Source of the DNA: Lama glama
Lineage: Eukaryota
Assembly: GCA_028534125.1 (NCBI GenBank)
Contig: CM052816.1
Span: forward strand, 82,150,001 to 82,214,000
Reading direction: 5' to 3'
Length of the DNA stretch: 64,000 bases
This document shows positions 61,050 to 64,000 of the stretch, piece after piece (the stretch's first letter is position 1; every line of letters starts with the position of its first letter). Under the pieces are notes generated by a model. The model saw only the letters and a program-made list of their open reading frames with translations. It was not told the DNA's origin and made no database searches. The translations under genes were made by a program, and so were the position numbers.

Positions 61050-62600
61050 GGATTTTTTTTTGAAAGTGCAAATGATTCTAAAGTTAACTTGGATAAAGAA
61101 ATGTATGAAAAAAACATCAAAAAAGAAAGAGAAAAGGAATAGTAAGAGGAGATACGCTTTCTGAGTATTAAAATATAATAGATTCTGTAGTAATTGAAAC
61201 AGCATTGTATAGGTATAGGGATATACGGATAACACAATAGAAGTTCTAGAAATAAAACCAAACAAGCATAATACTTATTTGTGATAAAAATGGAATTTTA
61301 ATGCAGTTGAAGAAAAAGATAAATTTGTTGGGAAAACCTGCTGACCCTTTGATTTAAAAAGTTACACCTTACACTAACTGAATTCCAAAGGCATTAAGTG
61401 TTCTGGTTGGGTTCAAAACTGGATTAATTTTTCTGGAGAGTTATTTGGCATTATACACCAAAATTCTTTAAAATACCCTTTAATCAAAAAATTCCACTTC
61501 TAGCAATTTTTTTATCATGAAATAGTTCAGTAAACACATAAATCACACAGGGATGAGCATTACAGTGTTAATTTTAATAGAAAAAAATTAGGAAAATAAC
61601 TACTAAATATTCATGAAGTGGAGATGCTAAATAATTCATGTACATTTATAAAATGGAATACTGTTTAGCCATGAGAAGGCAGATATCTATCTGTTGATAT
61701 CAGAAGAGGTCCATGATATATTTTTAGTTCAAAAAATTAGGGTATAAAATACTATGAACAACATATTTAATATTTGTAAGAAAAAATTGTATTTAGAAAA
61801 AACTAGGAAAATTATGCTCTTAAGTGTAAACAGTGATTTTATCTGACTTGTAGCATCTTGAATGACTTTTATTTTTCCATTATCTATTTCTACATTTTTT
61901 TTCAAAGCATCCAAAATCTTTTTAATAAGGCAGGATCTGGGGTTAATTTTTGTAGCCATGGCTGGCACGTCGCCCTCTGGCACCCCAGAATTTCCAGCCC
62001 TTGGAGCGTACATAGGGTTTGGTATGGCTGTGCGGGGTTCCTGGGACCTTTACGAAATGCCTGCACAGCTCTCGGACCAGAGAGCGGGACAGTGTTGTAG
62101 TCCTCGGACGAGTCCAGGGCCAGCTGGTTGAAGGTGAGGCTCTTGCCCCCGGCCTTGAGGATGCAGCTCTGGGCACGGCTGCTCACTCGCAGGGCACACA
62201 CCTTCAGCTTGGGCACCTCCTGGACACACACATCATCGGTTATGGTCCCTACAACCACAGCGGTTTTGCCTTCCTGACCAGGAAGCTTCATCTTCTGGAT
62301 CATCCCAGAAAGGGACAGAGGTGGCCGGTTGGTGCGACTCATGTACAGCCTCTTCAGCACAACTTGATTGAAGGTGGAGTTGGTTCGTCTGGCCAGAAAC
62401 CTGTACAGCTTGACCAACAGCCTTAGGTAGATGTCCTGGCTCTTGGGCTCCTTGCTCTGAACCTTTCGGTCCTTGTGGCGGATGTCAGCTCTCATGATGG
62501 TGCCTCCTCCTTAGCCAGGTCCGGAAAGAAAGAGCCATTTCTACATTTTATAATTATCTTATGATAAACACTGATAAGCATAATAAAAAAATTCAAAAAT
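61050..62600 (+). mobile_element. Old L1 (L1ME-like) 3' region, interrupted by the RPL18 retrocopy
   Basis: aattccacttctag, aatggaatactgtttagcc and ccatgatata motifs; the 3' tail resumes after the right TSD at 62550. Confidence 0.65.
61899..62536 (-). pseudogene. RPL18: RPL18 processed pseudogene (full-length retrocopy)
   Basis: Intronless. ORF 62495->61902 translates to ...[36 protein letters not shown]..., and the C-terminus [16 protein letters not shown]...GYKN* is in another frame (frameshift at 62073/62074). Also present: 5' pyrimidine-tract UTR, ATTAAA signal, short poly(A), and a 13-bp TSD ATTTCTACATTTT at 61886-61898 and 62537-62549. Confidence 0.97.
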
Positions 62601-63060
62601 CTATTTCTCTTTTAAAAAAATGAAGTAAAAGATATAAATTATCATTAAACAGTATATAAAGACTAGTTTTCATGTTCTCATTTTACGTGATTTTCCTCGT
62701 ATAATTGTGTGTGTGTGCGCACGTGTGTGAAAGAGGATGATAAAAAGCTAGAAAGAGGCAAGGAAGAGAGAAAAATAGAGAAGATAGAGTGTTTTGTTCT
62801 AGTTTGCAATCTGCCGAGGATGTGGAGGGAGAGAACTCTAACCTGCACCTAAACCCTACTCTTTACCCAGAGCTGGTCCCAATCCTGTTTACAACTCTAC
62901 AGTCATCTGGCCTAGAAGACTACTTATCTCGTGTATCTTCTCCGGAGCCCTCTCTCCTACAGCCGTGCTGATATGCAAAGGAGACGACCAGAGAGGCCTG
63001 CAAAGTAGGCAGAGGGGCACGAGAAGTCAGAGACTAGATAGCCTTCTCTTGATCACTAGA

Positions 63061-63124
63061 TTTTATTTAATTGACTTATAGTCGATTTACAATGGATCAA
63101 TCTCTGGTGTACAGCATACTGATT

Positions 63125-63169
<45 letters not shown>

Positions 63170-64000
63170 TTTCATATTCTTTTTCATATATATTCCTTTT
63201 CATATTCTTTCCCGTTATTGGCCATTACAAGGTATTGAAAACAGTACCCTGTGCTAGGACCTTGTTGTTTATCTATTTTATATATAGTAGTTATTATCTG
63301 CCAGTCCCAAACTCCCAATTTACCCCTCCCTACTCTCTTTCTCCACTAGTAATCATAATTTTGTTTTCTATGTCTGTGAGTCTGACTCTATTTTGTAAGT
63401 AAGTTTATTTATGTCTCTTTTTTTAAGATTTCATGTAAGTGATATCATGTGGTATTTTTCTTTCTCTTTCTGGCTTACTTCACTTAGAATGATGATCTCC
63501 AGGTCCATCCATGTTGCTGCAAATGGCATTATTTTATTCTTTTTTTATGGTTAAGTAGCATTCCCTTGTATATACCACCCCTTTTTTTATCCAATCATCT
63601 GTTGATGGACATTTAGGTTGCTTCCATGTGTTGGCTATTGTATATAGTGCTGCTATGAACATTGAGGTGCATATATCTTTTCAAATTAGAGTGTTTCTCG
63701 ATGTATGCTCAGGAGTGGGATTGCTGGATCATAGGGTTAAATCTGTTGTCAGTTTTTTATGGAATCTCCATACTGTTTTCTGTAATGGCTGCACCAAACT
63801 ACAGTCCCACCAATGATGTAGGAAAGTTTCCTTTTCTTCACACCCTCTCCAGCATTTATTGTTTGTGGACATTTTAATGATAGCCATTCAAACCTCACTG
63901 TAGTTTTGATTTGTATCTCTCTGATAATTAGTGATATTGAGCATGTTTTCACATGCCTATTGGCCATTTGTATGTCTTCATAGGAGAAATGTTTTGTTTT
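63061..64000 (-). mobile_element. L1 3' end (cetartiodactyl-type), runs off the window
   Basis: Reverse-complement L1 3' UTR and ORF2 end ([28 protein letters not shown]...), with an internal (AT)n. Confidence 0.92.
63128..63165. repeat. (AT)19 microsatellite inside the L1 3' UTR
   Basis: Read directly from the sequence. Confidence 0.95.

Noticed and set aside
1-64000. CRISPR arrays, operons, rRNA/tRNA/snoRNA/miRNA genes, CDH6 coding exons
   Set aside because: None visible. The DNA is mammalian intronic/intergenic, and no cadherin-like peptide appears in the ORF track, consistent with a first intron extending beyond position 1.

Overview
Mammalian genomic DNA, most likely a camelid (the young L1 3' ends resemble camelid L1, there is a Tigger1a_Art-type element, and no Alu, Bov-A2/tA, PRE-1 or CanSINE is visible). 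It is a draft scaffold with eight N-gaps. I find no intact protein-coding exon. Main landmarks: (1) a CpG island at ~27.6-28.8 kb whose minus strand matches my recollection of the non-coding first exon of CDH6 (K-cadherin), which would make 1-28086 intron 1 and the sequence above 28.4 kb upstream DNA; (2) a second, unidentified CpG-island promoter at ~10.75-11.8 kb with overlapping CTCF/YY1 motifs and a perfect + strand splice donor, pointing against CDH6; (3) a full-length RPL18 processed pseudogene with TSDs; (4) many interspersed repeats. The most interesting non-obvious items are a decayed endogenous-retrovirus env gene (52.1-53.2 kb), an LF-SINE ~17 kb upstream of the putative CDH6 TSS, a tailless TSD-flanked insertion of only the 5' tip of an L1, and a diverged 97-bp direct repeat at the edge of the unexplained CpG island. 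All gene and repeat-family names come from recalled consensus sequences, not database searches. I do not see a wholly novel biological system that the sequence alone can establish.
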